Below, in pieces: positions 1-11,320 of a stretch of 64,000 bases of DNA. This DNA comes from Octopus vulgaris (lineage: Eukaryota), in NCBI GenBank assembly GCA_951406725.2, contig OX597828.1, positions 35,464,001-35,528,000 of the forward strand. Direction: 5' to 3'. Every line of letters begins with the position of its first letter. The stretch's first letter is position 1. Under the pieces are notes generated by a model. The model did not search any database, was not told the DNA's origin, and was given only the letters and a program-made list of their open reading frames with translations. The position numbers and the translations under genes are program-made.

Positions 1-144
1 GAAGCTTGATTCCCAACCACATAGCTCCAGGTTCAGTCCCACTGCATGGCACCATAGGCAAGTGTCTTCTACTATGGCCTCAGTCTGACCAAAGCCTTAT
101 GCTTTATGAGTGGTTTTGGTAAGTGGAAACTGAAAGAAACCCAT

Positions 145-145
<1 letters not shown>
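1..145 (+). mobile_element. tRNA-derived SINE family A, 5' part (cut by window edge)
   Basis: GGTTCAGTCCCACTGC B-box-like motif and GGCAAGTGTCTTCTACTAT...GGAAACTGAAAGAA body shared with the many other copies in the window. Confidence 0.8.
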
Positions 146-190
<45 letters not shown>

Positions 191-290
191 AGGGTGTAGC
201 TAGAGTAAATGGCACCCAGAGCAAGCATCAAAATTGCGTGCCCCTCAAAGTGTGTGTGTGTGTTCTCTAATGGTTTACTAATTTCATGTA

Positions 291-965
291 TTGGTTAATG
301 TTGTGTATAGAATACAATGTAACAAATGCAACAAGTTCTATGTGGGTAGCACAACAAGGCCTTTACTCGTCCGCATCAAAGAACATCTGCACACGAGAGC
401 TTCCTCCTTCAGAAAACATCTAGACATATGCCAGAACACCGGCAAAAGCATAACAGTCACAATTGTGGCCAATGAAAGAAATTTGGGTAATTTAAGACTT
501 AAGGAAGCTATACTCATACACAGACTAGGGCCCCAAATTAACAACAGGCTGGAGGTTGGTAATCAATACATTATTCAGATACATCTGGATGCGTGTAGGT
601 TCATTTTTGATAGTATGCTCATCTGTAGCTTATAACAAAAAAAAGAGAAAAAAAGAAGAGAGAAAAAGAAGGAAAAAAGGAAGCTGCATGAATAATATGT
701 AACTTAGAAGCAGTGCTAAGGATGTATCAGCACACATGAGATTGAGACATGGCCGACCTCACACACTTCTCATGAGGAATCCTGGAAGGAGCATCGTAAG
801 ACCACTACTGAGACACTTGCACAAAATAAGAAAGAAAAGCCGTTAGAAAACCGATCATAGCAGCGACTCCATCTAAGAATATCTGAAGAAGGAATATTAT
901 TCCGAAATATCATATCAGACTCTGGATGACTAAATTACAACAGGCATATAGCCCATTGTCTGTAT
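291..965 (+). mobile_element. Penelope-like retroelement 3' remnant: GIY-YIG endonuclease plus 3' UTR
   Basis: ORF 291-635 reads NVVYRIQCNKCNKFYVGSTTRPL.VRIKEH...L..KEAILI..L.P.IN, the PLE GIY-YIG signature with CxxC; a hammerhead-like motif follows downstream. Confidence 0.85.
868..929 (+). ncRNA. Degenerate type I hammerhead ribozyme motif in PLE 3' UTR
   Basis: CTGAAGA (883-889), stem II GGAAT-ATT-ATTCC, GAAA (904-907), short stem III ATA-TCA-TAT, cleavage triplet ATC, partly mismatched stem I (CATCTAAGAATAT / AGACTCTGGATG). Confidence 0.6.
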
Positions 966-1011
966 TATAGTGCATTGTTATACCATTCAAAACTTTTTGT
1001 CATATACGTAT

Positions 1012-1180
1012 ATATACGACAGGCTTCTTTCAGTTTTCATCTGCCAAATCCACTCACAAGGCTTTGGTTGGCCTGAGACTATAGTGAAAGAATCTTGGCC
1101 AAGGTGCGACACAGTGGGAATGAACCCAGAACCATGTGGTTGGGAAGCAAGCTTCTAACCACACATCCATGCCTGCGCCT
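1012..1180 (-). mobile_element. SINE family A, head region
   Basis: Reverse complement begins AGGCGCAGGCATGGATGTGTGGTTAGAAGC...GGTTCTGGGTTCATTCCC (A- and B-box-like). Confidence 0.8.
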
Positions 1181-1181
1181 A

Positions 1182-1225
<44 letters not shown>

Positions 1226-1229
1226 TACA

Positions 1230-1285
<56 letters not shown>

Positions 1286-2442
1286 CACATACAGCTGAAG
1301 AGTGTATGGTACTGTGTTGTATATATATTTGCAGTGGTGTGTAGAACATATCAAAGAGGCATGAAGGGGGATTGAACTTGGAGTCGCAAACTTCCCATCC
1401 AACTTTTCTTGTTGACTGACAGATGTTCATACTAGTCATCATCATCATCAAACACATCAGTTGAACTAGGGATGACCTGAAAGGGATTTGGTTCCTATTT
1501 TCTTCTTCCATGATTAACTTATGGTAAAACAAAAATGGACAGAATCCAGCTAAAAGAAGGCTGTTTTTGTTTATGAGATTCTTTATCTGAGATGGGGTCT
1601 CTATTTTCACATCCCATGATTAACCTATAGTAAAACAAAAAAATGGACAGAATACAAAAATAAGAAGGGGTTTTTTTTTATGTGGTTCTCCATTTTAACA
1701 GTTTCCCTCCCAACTCCCTAAGATGTAAAAAGAAGACAAAAAAAAAAGAGTGGGGTAAGTTAGTGCCCCAGAAAACCCTGTAATATTTGAGAATGTAATG
1801 GCCATTGATTAGGGACTAGGAGAACGTAATTTCATTAAATGTCTTCTTCCATGCTTCCTGGAAGGTCAGGAGGAAATCTATTTTATGGTTTATTCAATAA
1901 GCCAGATTTATCAAATCACTTTCCCTCTCATTCTTTCCCTCTTTCTCCCTCTCCCTCTCTCTCTCTCTATCTCTCTTTCTCTCTCCCTCCCTCTTTCTCT
2001 CTCTCTCTTTCTCTTGCTGGTTCTTTCTACAAGTCTCTTCTCACTCTATCACTCTCCTTCTCAAATTAGTTTCTCTCCACTGCTTTCCTCCTTTCGCCAA
2101 TAATCACCACATCCATCACTACTTACCACCATCACCACCACCACTATTATCGCTACAACCATCATCACTATAACCATCACCACTACTACAGTAAACATCA
2201 TCATAAAACTCCTGCCACCGCCGCCGCAATATACCATTTGTCTGGCACCCTGATGGAACAGTCAACCCAAAGATATTCTGTTCCATAATAGAACTTAGTT
2301 TGGGATAGAATCAGATAAGAATCAAATCAAATCTCTTTATTAATCTTCTACTATCATGTGTATGTGTATTATACACACATATGTAGTCAGTGTAGCTTAT
2401 ACACTTCCAGTGGCGTGGGTTATGCATACATACATATATATA

Positions 2443-2975
2443 TCATCATCATCATTTAATGTCCGTCGTCCATGCTGGCATAGGTTGGACAGTTTGACCG
2501 GAGCTGGCAAGCTGCACCAGACTTCAGTCAGATTTCACTTGGTTTCCATAGCTGGATCTCTTTCCTAATGCTGACCACTCCAAGAGTGTAATGGGTGCTT
2601 TTACATACCACAAGCACAGTCGCCACCAATATAGGTACCACCAACACAGGTGCCACCAGTATCTGCCATGACTACAATTTCAGTTGGCTTGATAGGTTTC
2701 CTACTTAAGTATGGCATACAGCAAAAGGTCGCAGTCTTTTGTCATTGCCTCCATGAGGCCCAATGCTCAAAAGGTGCTTCTTATGTGCCACTTATGTGAC
2801 ACTGGCATTAGCCATGACCACAATTTCACTTGGCTTGATGGGTCTTCCCAATTACAGCATATTACCAAAGGCCTCAGTCACACGTCATTGCCTTTGTGAG
2901 GCCCAACGTTCAAAGATTAGACTTTACCACCTTGTCCTATGTCTTCCTGGGTCTACTCTTCCACAGGTTCCCTCC
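2443..2975 (-). mobile_element. RTE LINE 3' fragment (old)
   Basis: Reverse complement matches the C-terminal GRPRKT..VVK region, 3' UTR and (GAT)n tail of the RTE at 9151-11490. Confidence 0.75.
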
Positions 2976-2990
2976 ACACAAACAGGTAAT

Positions 2991-3149
2991 AGGGATTATG
3001 GTGTGCAGTAAGAAGCTTGTTTCCCAACCACATGGTTTGGGGTTCAGTCCTACTGCATGGCACCTTGGGCAAGTGTCTTCTACTATAGCCTCAGGCCAAC
3101 CAAAGCCTTGTGAATGATTTTGGTAGACAGAAACTGAAAGAAGCCCATC

Positions 3150-3194
<45 letters not shown>

Positions 3195-3201
3195 TATATA
3201 T

Positions 3202-3235
<34 letters not shown>

Positions 3236-3417
3236 GTTTGTTTCCCCACCGTCACTTTACAAGCAATGTTGATGTGTTTACGTCCCTATAACTTTGCGGT
3301 TCAGCAAAGGGAGAACAATAGAATAAGTACTAAACTTACAAAGAATAAGTCACGGGATCGATTTGTTCAACTAAAGGCAGGCCACAGTCTGAAACAAAAA
3401 CAAGTAAAAGAATAAAA

Positions 3418-3420
<3 letters not shown>
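2991..3420 (+). mobile_element. SINE family A, near full length
   Basis: Head, internal (TA)n microsatellite, GAATAAGTAC body and AAGTAAAAGAATAAAAG tail. Confidence 0.8.
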
Positions 3421-3457
<37 letters not shown>

Positions 3458-4129
3458 TCCTCATCATCATCATCATCATCATCATCGACATCATTCTATA
3501 TTTTCCATTTTTCATATTGGCATGGGTTGGATAGTTTGTCAGGACCCAGCATATTGCAGGGTTGCACTGGACCCCAATATCAACTTTAGTGTGGTTTCTA
3601 TAACTGTCACACCTAATATCAACCACCAAGTATGGAAAAGCGGATGCTAAATGATAATAAATAAACACACACACACACACACACATATATGTATAATATA
3701 AATTGGACATGGGCGATCATTGTATTCTTTCTTGTCTTGAGGTTCACAGCCAAATGGCTGGGAGGATTCGTGTGAAAAATGGCATACATGTGGAGACAGG
3801 TGCATAGATTGGAATGCAGTTTGTATTTTCTTCCTAGCCCCCATACTTACGGAGAAAATCAATTGAAACTTTTTCTAATGGAATTCCCCTGTTTGTTCTG
3901 CCATTAAAACAACCAGTTGCTCACACAACTGGCATATACCATTTCGCTAGCAGCAAGGGGAGTACAGGATGACAGTCAGCCAAAACTTTCGCTATGCTGT
4001 CTCTCTTCTTTCACCTCTTTGTAGGGTTAATAATCTTAATCTTTAGTTACAATTTCTCATTCAAATTAGAAGAGGGGACAATCTTTTGAAGTCAGCGTGA
4101 AGCAGAAGAATTGATGTGTGTGTGTGTAT

Positions 4130-4215
4130 GTGATGGGCTGTGTGAGAAGAAAGTGTTGTGTGTTTGTGAGGTTTTGTCAGTGTGTGTGAAGAGACAGAGA
4201 GAGAGCAATGGTACT

Positions 4216-4252
<37 letters not shown>

Positions 4253-4840
4253 ATGATTGTGAGAGAGAGCTAACTGAAATTTTTTATTTACTTTTTGTAG
4301 TGAGTGAATGTGTAAGTGATTGACAGAGAAAAAGAGAGAGAGAGAAAGTATGATTTCTGCTTTTGCTTGTTGTTTGCATGTATGTTTATGTAACGGTCTG
4401 CTATGTATAACAACAAGCAAAAACAAAAAAAAAATACCTTCTCTCTCTCTCTCCCTTACATGCACATGAACATGTATATAATAGGAGTACGTAAGTATGT
4501 TTTTGTGTGTCACTGAAGCTATTCACATGCATACATACATACATACATAACCTCTCTCTCTCTCTCTTTTTTGTCAATCAATCACACATTCACTCACTAA
4601 AAAAGGAAATACACACGCACATGAACATGTATGCAATAGCTGTATGTACATGTTTTTGTATGTGTGCGTATGTCACTGAAGCCATTCACACATACATAAC
4701 CTCTCTTTCTCTATCTTTTTCTCTGTCAATCACTCATACATTCCCTCACTACAAAAAGTAAATAAAAAAATTTCAGTTATCTCTCTCTCTCTCCATTACA
4801 TACACACCACACTTTCTGTCTTACACAGCCCCTCAAACAC
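4130..4840. repeat. Foldback-like inverted duplication with internal tandem duplication
   Basis: TAACTGAAATTTTTTATTTACTTTTTGTAGTGAG (~4271) is the reverse complement of CTCACTACAAAAAGTAAATAAAAAATTTCAGTTA (~4745); internal direct repeats ATGAACATGTAT...GTCACTGAAGC.ATTCACA at ~4466 and ~4621. Confidence 0.7.
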
Positions 4841-6174
4841 TATATATATAGGACGTTAAACGATGATGATGATGATGATGATATATATTACACGTGTATG
4901 TGCATGTATATATGTATATATGCATATATATGTATGTATGTATATATATTACACGTGTATGTGTGTGTATATATATATAAATATATATATATATATGTAT
5001 GTATGTATGTATGTATATATATTACACGTGTATGTGTGTGTATATATGTATGTATATATATATACACACGTGTGTGTGTGTGTGTGTGTAAAATTTCCAA
5101 AACTTTTCTCCACAGCCACGGAAATGTTTTTCATGACAAATTCCGATATAATCGAAATTCAAACCATCTGAAAGGTATTTGTTGAAAATTTCATAAAAAA
5201 ATATCAATTTTTCTGAAAGTTAAGAGGGAGGCACCTGTGTTAGTATACTTTATTAACTATAAACACACTGTCTGTTAACATATAAACTGAAGTTAAAACT
5301 TATCAGAATATTCTTATTGTTACTTCAACTTACCTGAGAAGGGCTCCTGGCTCATTTTACTGCAGGCGAAGGAGTAAAAAGCAAAGATATTTCGACTTGT
5401 CCAGGCATTGCTATTACAGACAAATTAACAACAATTCAACTCGAGAGATAAACACAAACCTCCTTGTGCTAACTGCAAAACTCCTGCCAAATTAGCAGAA
5501 AACATACACACATGCACACACATCCATTTCATATATCTTCTTTCAATTTCTGCTCTCTGCAAATAAAATTTTTATGGATACAACTGCTTACAAGAAAAGG
5601 GATTAATGTATAATTTCTTTGTATGTTCATAATTAAATCAATGTTTTAATGATTGGACAGAGGTCCAATACAACAGCTCTCAGAAACAGACTATGTACAA
5701 ATTACTTCTTCACAACTCCTGAAGCTGTTTTCTGATAAGGGGTGCGGAGTCAGGAAATTTTCATACAGCTGGAGGCTCCAATCGAAACAGGGGACTCGAA
5801 ATGATAAGGTTGAGAAACGCTGTTATAGATTATGCCTAACCGACAATGATCACAGCCACATCATCCAAACAGACCAGGTGAAACCAGGCTTAGCTGCTAG
5901 TATATATGTTGAACAATTACTTCCGTATGAATTACCTCATAACACATGTTTAAAAAACTGAAAACAGCAAAAGGCACTTACACAAAAAACTCCTTTCATC
6001 AGGTGTGAGTTAATGTGCTCTTTTTTTGAGAAAAATTATAGAAGTATCAAGAAATTTTTTTTTTAATATTTTTTACATATATATATATATATATATATTT
6101 AAAAGACACAGGTCTTACTTTAAAGGCAGTGCTCCAGCATGACCACAGTCAACTGACTGAAACAAGTAAAAAAA

Positions 6175-6225
<51 letters not shown>

Positions 6226-6944
6226 TATATACAGAAATATCTGTCTTTTTATATATGTGCCTATGAATGTGAGTAAATAAATCTATACACACACACACAC
6301 ACTCACATGCACACGCACACACATATGTATATACATAAAGATATATATTTATACATATAATGATGATGATGATGATGATGATGTATGATGCAATCACTAT
6401 TTTAGTTTCTAGAATATTCATCTGCAGATTTTGTTTTTTTCCCTTTTTTTGTTTTATATTTGTAATTGCTACTTTCATTTCTCTGAAGTCATTACCACCG
6501 TTACTTTTTACGGTGTTCTCTTGTATCTTTATCTCATAAACATGTAACCAAAGCTAAGAACCATGCCCATGTTAGGGTTTCATTAAAATGCACATGCAAG
6601 TGTGTGCATACATATACAAACATATATACATATATATATATATATATATTTATGTATGTATGTATGTAAGTATGTAGATGTGTTGAAAAAAAGACTGTGT
6701 TTCCTGCCAATTTTTTTTTATTTTTATAAATCTTGTCCAAAAATGACTTTGATTGATGGTTTCAGAACAAATCAAGCTATTCACTATTCACCAGTCATTA
6801 TTTTCATCACTCTGTCATGTAACACATCATCAAACTCAGAAAGATCGTACATTCTTCTTCTTCATCTTCCTTCTCGACATTTTCTTTTTTCTCCTCTCCT
6901 TTTTATATCACCTTATTTTTATTCTCTTTCTTCTTGATCATCAC

Positions 6945-6947
6945 CAC

Positions 6948-6984
<37 letters not shown>

Positions 6985-7060
6985 TTCTTCTTTTTCTTTT
7001 TCTTCTTCTTCTTCTTCTTCTTCTTCTTCTTCTTCTTCTTCTTCTTCTTCTTCTTCTTCT
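6945..7060. repeat. (ATC)n-(TTC)n compound microsatellite
   Basis: Direct reading. Confidence 0.95.
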
Positions 7061-7888
7061 TTCTACCTTTCTATCTTCCTGTCTTCACGTGCTCCTCTTC
7101 CCTCTTCACCGTTTTCTACCTCTCTCTCTCTCTTCAATACCATTCTCACCCACCACCTCTCTTCATATCAGCTTGAAGAAGTCCCTTGTTCCTTACCCTT
7201 TCACACCCAGCCCCATGCTTTCTTCGTGCAGTCTTGTCACATTTGGTTTAAGATCCTTGACATGGAACCTTAATAAAGAAAGGAAAATAAGAGAAAGAAA
7301 TTATCAGAAATATAAAATACGTCATGAAATATGCCACAATATGTTGTTTTATGAAGCGAGGGAGGTTGAGGAGAGGAAGGCAATTAATAACCGTAGTGTG
7401 TGTGTATGTATGTGTGTATCTGTGTATGTATGTATGTGTGTATGTATGTATGTATGTATGTGTGTATGTATGTATGTATGTACGTGCATGTGTGTATGTA
7501 TGTACATGTGTGTATGTAATATGTATGTGTGTGTGTGTATATATATATATATATACATACACACACACACACACATATATATACATATATATATATTATA
7601 CATATGTATGTATGTATGTGTGTATGTATGTATGTATGTATGTATGTATGTACGTGCATGTGTGTATGTGCATGAGTGTATGTAATATGTATGTGTGTGT
7701 GTATATATATATACAAACACACACACATATATACATATGTATGTATGTGTGTATGTATACTATATATATATATATATATATATGTTTATATATATATGTA
7801 TGTATGTATGTATATATATATATGTGTGTATGTATATATATATGTGTGTGTGTGAGTGTGTATGTGTATATACATACTTACATACATA

Positions 7889-8048
7889 TGAGGGGTGCTG
7901 AAAAGTTCCTGGCTTTGGGTAAAAGAAAATACAAGACGATCAGTTAATTATGATTTTATCCAGTATCTTCCCCTCTCAGACCCACACACTTATTGAAGCG
8001 ATCCTTCAGTTTCTGTAAGCTCTGTAAAAGAGCTTGGAAGGTTGGGCC
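7889..8048 (-). mobile_element. Mariner-type DNA transposon 3' end (one TIR plus transposase C-terminus)
   Basis: TA|TGAGGGGTGCTGAAAAGTTCCTGGC terminal motif; minus strand reads ..LQKLKDRFNKCVGLRGED.., a decayed mariner KL..RW.KCV...GEY.E C-terminus. Confidence 0.7.
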
Positions 8049-8276
8049 ATTTTTACTACCATTTTTCACTACCATTTTTTACTACCATTTTTAACTCCAA
8101 GAGGAACCTCCTCTAGCTGGTTATTTATGCAATCTGCCCTGGTATATATTGCAGTATATAACAGTAGTAATTATACTTCTAAGTATAATTGCTACTTTCA
8201 TCACTTAGATTTTCTACCTAGCTACTTTACTTGTTATAATATATATATATATACATATATAATATATATATATAAC

Positions 8277-8322
<46 letters not shown>

Positions 8323-8444
8323 TATATATATATCTATATATAATATTATATATATAGATAGAGAGATTGATAGAGATAGATATATATATATATGCATATA
8401 TACATACATATATGTACATACTTACATCTATATGTGTTTATATA

Positions 8445-8801
8445 TATATATGCATATGTGAGCACACGATGTCATGAAACATGTACTACAGAAAATGCGA
8501 AGTACGAGTACATGGAACATGATCTATAATTTCGAACAACGAAAGACACAAATAGAAAACAAAACAAACATAAAGAACGACCCTTCATCAGTTGTTGGCT
8601 GTTTTTCTAGTCTCGTATTTCGAGCATTAGACTAGAGAAACAGCCAACAATTGATGAAGGGTCGTTCCTTATGTTTGTTTTGTTTCGTTTTCCATTTGTT
8701 CCTTTCGTTGTTCTAAAGAATAGTTCATGTTCCATTTACTTGTGCTTCATACTTCTTTGCTGTACATGTTTCATGATGTCCTGTGCCCACATATGTATAT
8801 A
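8445..8801. repeat. ~350-bp imperfect palindrome (two ~170-bp inverted arms)
   Basis: GAACGACCCTTCATCAGTTGTTGGCTGTTTTTCTAGTCT ... AGACTAGAGAAACAGCCAACAATTGATGAAGGGTCGTTC; arms extend to CATATGTG / CACATATG; flanked by (TA)n-rich sequence. Confidence 0.9.
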
Positions 8802-8869
8802 CCACGCATCCTCTTCCAAGTATGTTTTTATATATATATATACATATATATATAATATATTATATTATA

Positions 8870-9072
8870 TTAAATTAGAGATAAAACCACTATTAGGCAA
8901 ATCAAACAATGAAAAACATAAGCCAATACATAAAATTAATTAATTTATATTATTTTAAATATATATCAAAAGTATTAAAAGTTTAATAAAAGATAAAGAG
9001 TAAAACACTACGATCGTTTCATGGCTGTACAATTCGTAATAATTCGAGTTATGGTTACAGTCAATCTTCAGG

Positions 9073-9075
<3 letters not shown>
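8870..9075 (-). mobile_element. PLE-type terminal fragment carrying a hammerhead motif, embedded in (TA)n
   Basis: Minus strand: CTGAAGA-T-TGACTGTA...TACAGCCA-T-GAAA-CGATCG-TA; the AAATTAGA.ATAAAAC terminus resembles the arms of the 32085-32258 palindrome. Confidence 0.55.
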
Positions 9076-9154
<79 letters not shown>

Positions 9155-9162
9155 TCAACCAG

Positions 9163-10676
9163 GTGATACACGAAGGAGTCATACCCAATGACTGGTGTAG
9201 CAGCATACTAGTCAACTGCTACAAAGGTAAAGGTGATGCCCTGGATACAAATAATTACAGAGGTATCAAGCTGTTGGATCAGGTAATGAAGGTTACGGAG
9301 AGGGTCTTAGCCCAACTAATTAGAGAGAGAGTTAGTTTAGATGAGATGCAGTTTGGGTTTGTCCCAGGGAAAAGCACCACTGATGCTATATTCCTGGTAA
9401 GGCAGCTGCAGGAGAAATACCTAGCCAAGGATAAGCCCCTGTACCTGGCTTTTGTTGACATGGAGAAAGCCTTTGATAGGGTCCCCCGATCCCTCATCTG
9501 GTGGTCAATGAGGAAACTAGGGATAGATGAATGGCTGGTGAGGGCTGTGCAAGCCATGTACAGAGATGCCGTAAGTAAGGTTAGAGTTGGCAACATGTAC
9601 ACAGAAGAATTCAAAGTAGAGGTTGGGGTCCACCAGGGTTCAGTACTCAGCCCCCTCCTATTTATCATAGTCCTCCAGGCAATAACGGAGGAATTCAAGA
9701 CAGGTTGCCCCTGGGAGCTCCTCTATGCTGACGACCTCGCTCTAATCGCTGAGTCACTATCAGAACTGGAGGAGAAGTTCCAGGTGTGGAAGGAGGGTTT
9801 AGAATCGAGGGGCCTTAGAGTCAACCTAGCTAAAACCAAAGTACTAATAAGTAGAAAGGTAGAAAACCCACAAATATCATCAGGAAGATGGCCCTGCTCG
9901 ATCTGTAGAAAAGGTGTAGGTAGAAACTCTATAAGATGTACCCAGTGTAAGCTATGGACACATAAGAGGTGCAGCAATGTCAAAGGTAGGCTAACTGGGA
10001 AGATAGTTTTTGTATGTGGCAGGTGCTCTGGAGCACTGACCTCCGAAAATCTGCAGAAAACAACTTCTGTCACTTTCCGGGGGAAAAACTAGAAGTAGTT
10101 GATAGTTTCCGCTATCTAGGTGACCAAGTCAGTAGTGGGGGTGGGTGCGCTGAAAGTGTAACTGCTAGAATAAGAATAGCCTGGGCAAAGTTTAGGGAGC
10201 TCTTACCTCTGCTGGTGACTAAAGGCCTCTCGCTCAGAGTAAAAGGCAGACTGTATGATGCATGTGTACGAACAGCTATGCTACATGGCAGTGAAACATG
10301 GGCCGTGACTGCTGAGGACATGCGTAAGCTCGTGAGGAACGAAGCCAGTATGCTCCGATGGATGTGTAATGTCAGTGTACTTACTCGACAGAGCGTTAGT
10401 ACCTTGAGAGAAATGTTGTACCTAAGAAGCATCAGTTGTCGTGTGCAAGAGAGACGATTGCGCTGGTATGGTCATGTGGCGAGAATGGATGAAGAGAGGT
10501 GTGTGAGAAAGTGCCAATCCCTAGCAGTTGAGGGAACCCGTGGAAGAGGTAGACCCAGGAAAACCTGGGACGAGGTGGTGAAGCACGACCTTCGGACGTT
10601 AGGTCTCACCATGGAAATGACTAGAGACCGAGACCTATGGAAGTATGCTGTGCGTGAGAAGACCCGGCAAGACTAG
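9163..10676 (+). pseudogene. RTE reverse transcriptase with internal PHD-type zinc finger; 5'-truncated, one -1 frameshift near 10080
   Basis: ORFs 9163-10092 and 10014-10676 join across TTCCGGGGGAAAAACTAG to give ..F.GEKLEVVDSFRYLG; the APE endonuclease domain is missing. Confidence 0.9.
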
Positions 10677-10869
10677 TGAAGCCATAATCCGTGGCCCCTA
10701 CCTGGGACGTAGTCAGTCCACCTGTGCATACCTTCCTTCTTGTGACACTTGTGAAGACCTGTTGAGGCAAGTGAGAATCGAATCGTATCAAATCAAATCG
10801 AACCAAATCAAAATAGATGAACATCAATGGAATTTGTATCCTTGTGGTACCAGTGCCGGTGGCACATAA

Positions 10870-11320
10870 GAAAACCATCCGAACGTGACCGTAGCCAGTA
10901 CCGCAATGACTGGCCTCCGTGCTGAGGGCACGTAACAAACACCATCCGAGCGTGGCCGTCCGCCAGCCTCGTCTAGCACCTGTGTCGGTGACACATAAGA
11001 AAACACCATCCGAGCGTGGCCGTCTGCCAGCCTCGTCTGGCACCTGTGTCGGTGGCACATAAAAAACACCATCCGAGCGTGGCCGTCTGCCAGCCTCGTC
11101 TGGCACCTGTGTCGGTGGCACATAAAAAACACCATCCGAGCGTGGCCGTCTGCCAGCCTCGTCTGGCACCTGTGTCGGTGGCACATAAAAAACACCATCC
11201 GAGCGTGGCCGTCTGCCAGCCTCGTCTGGCACCTGTGTCGGTGGCACATAAAAAACACCATCCGAGCGTGGCCGTCTGCCAGCCTCGTCTGGCACCTGTG
11301 TCGGTGGCACATAAAATCAC
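10870..11320 (+). repeat. 63-bp tandem repeat in RTE 3' UTR (6 near-identical copies plus 1 diverged copy)
   Basis: ACCATCCGAGCGTGGCCGTCTGCCAGCCTCGTCTGGCACCTGTGTCGGTGGCACATAAAAAAC starting at 10941, 11005, 11068, 11131, 11194 and 11257. Confidence 0.95.

Noticed and set aside
190-250. hAT-like terminus (also at ~28650-28820, ~33808 and ~48220-48390)
   Set aside because: Only one degenerate end is recognisable in each case and no TSD, too weak to annotate
5653-5961. 102-aa ORF in unique sequence
   Set aside because: Non-ATG start, no domain motif and no clear splice sites
6753-7947. Long ORFs rich in YI/CV/HT/poly-L (also at 36382, 37143, 41266, 55501 and elsewhere)
   Set aside because: Translations of di-, tri- and tetranucleotide microsatellites that lack stop codons
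10870-11320. CRISPR-like array or repetitive-protein ORFs (10621-11450)
   Set aside because: Units are contiguous with no unique spacers and no cas genes; the ORFs arise because 63 is a multiple of 3 within a LINE 3' UTR
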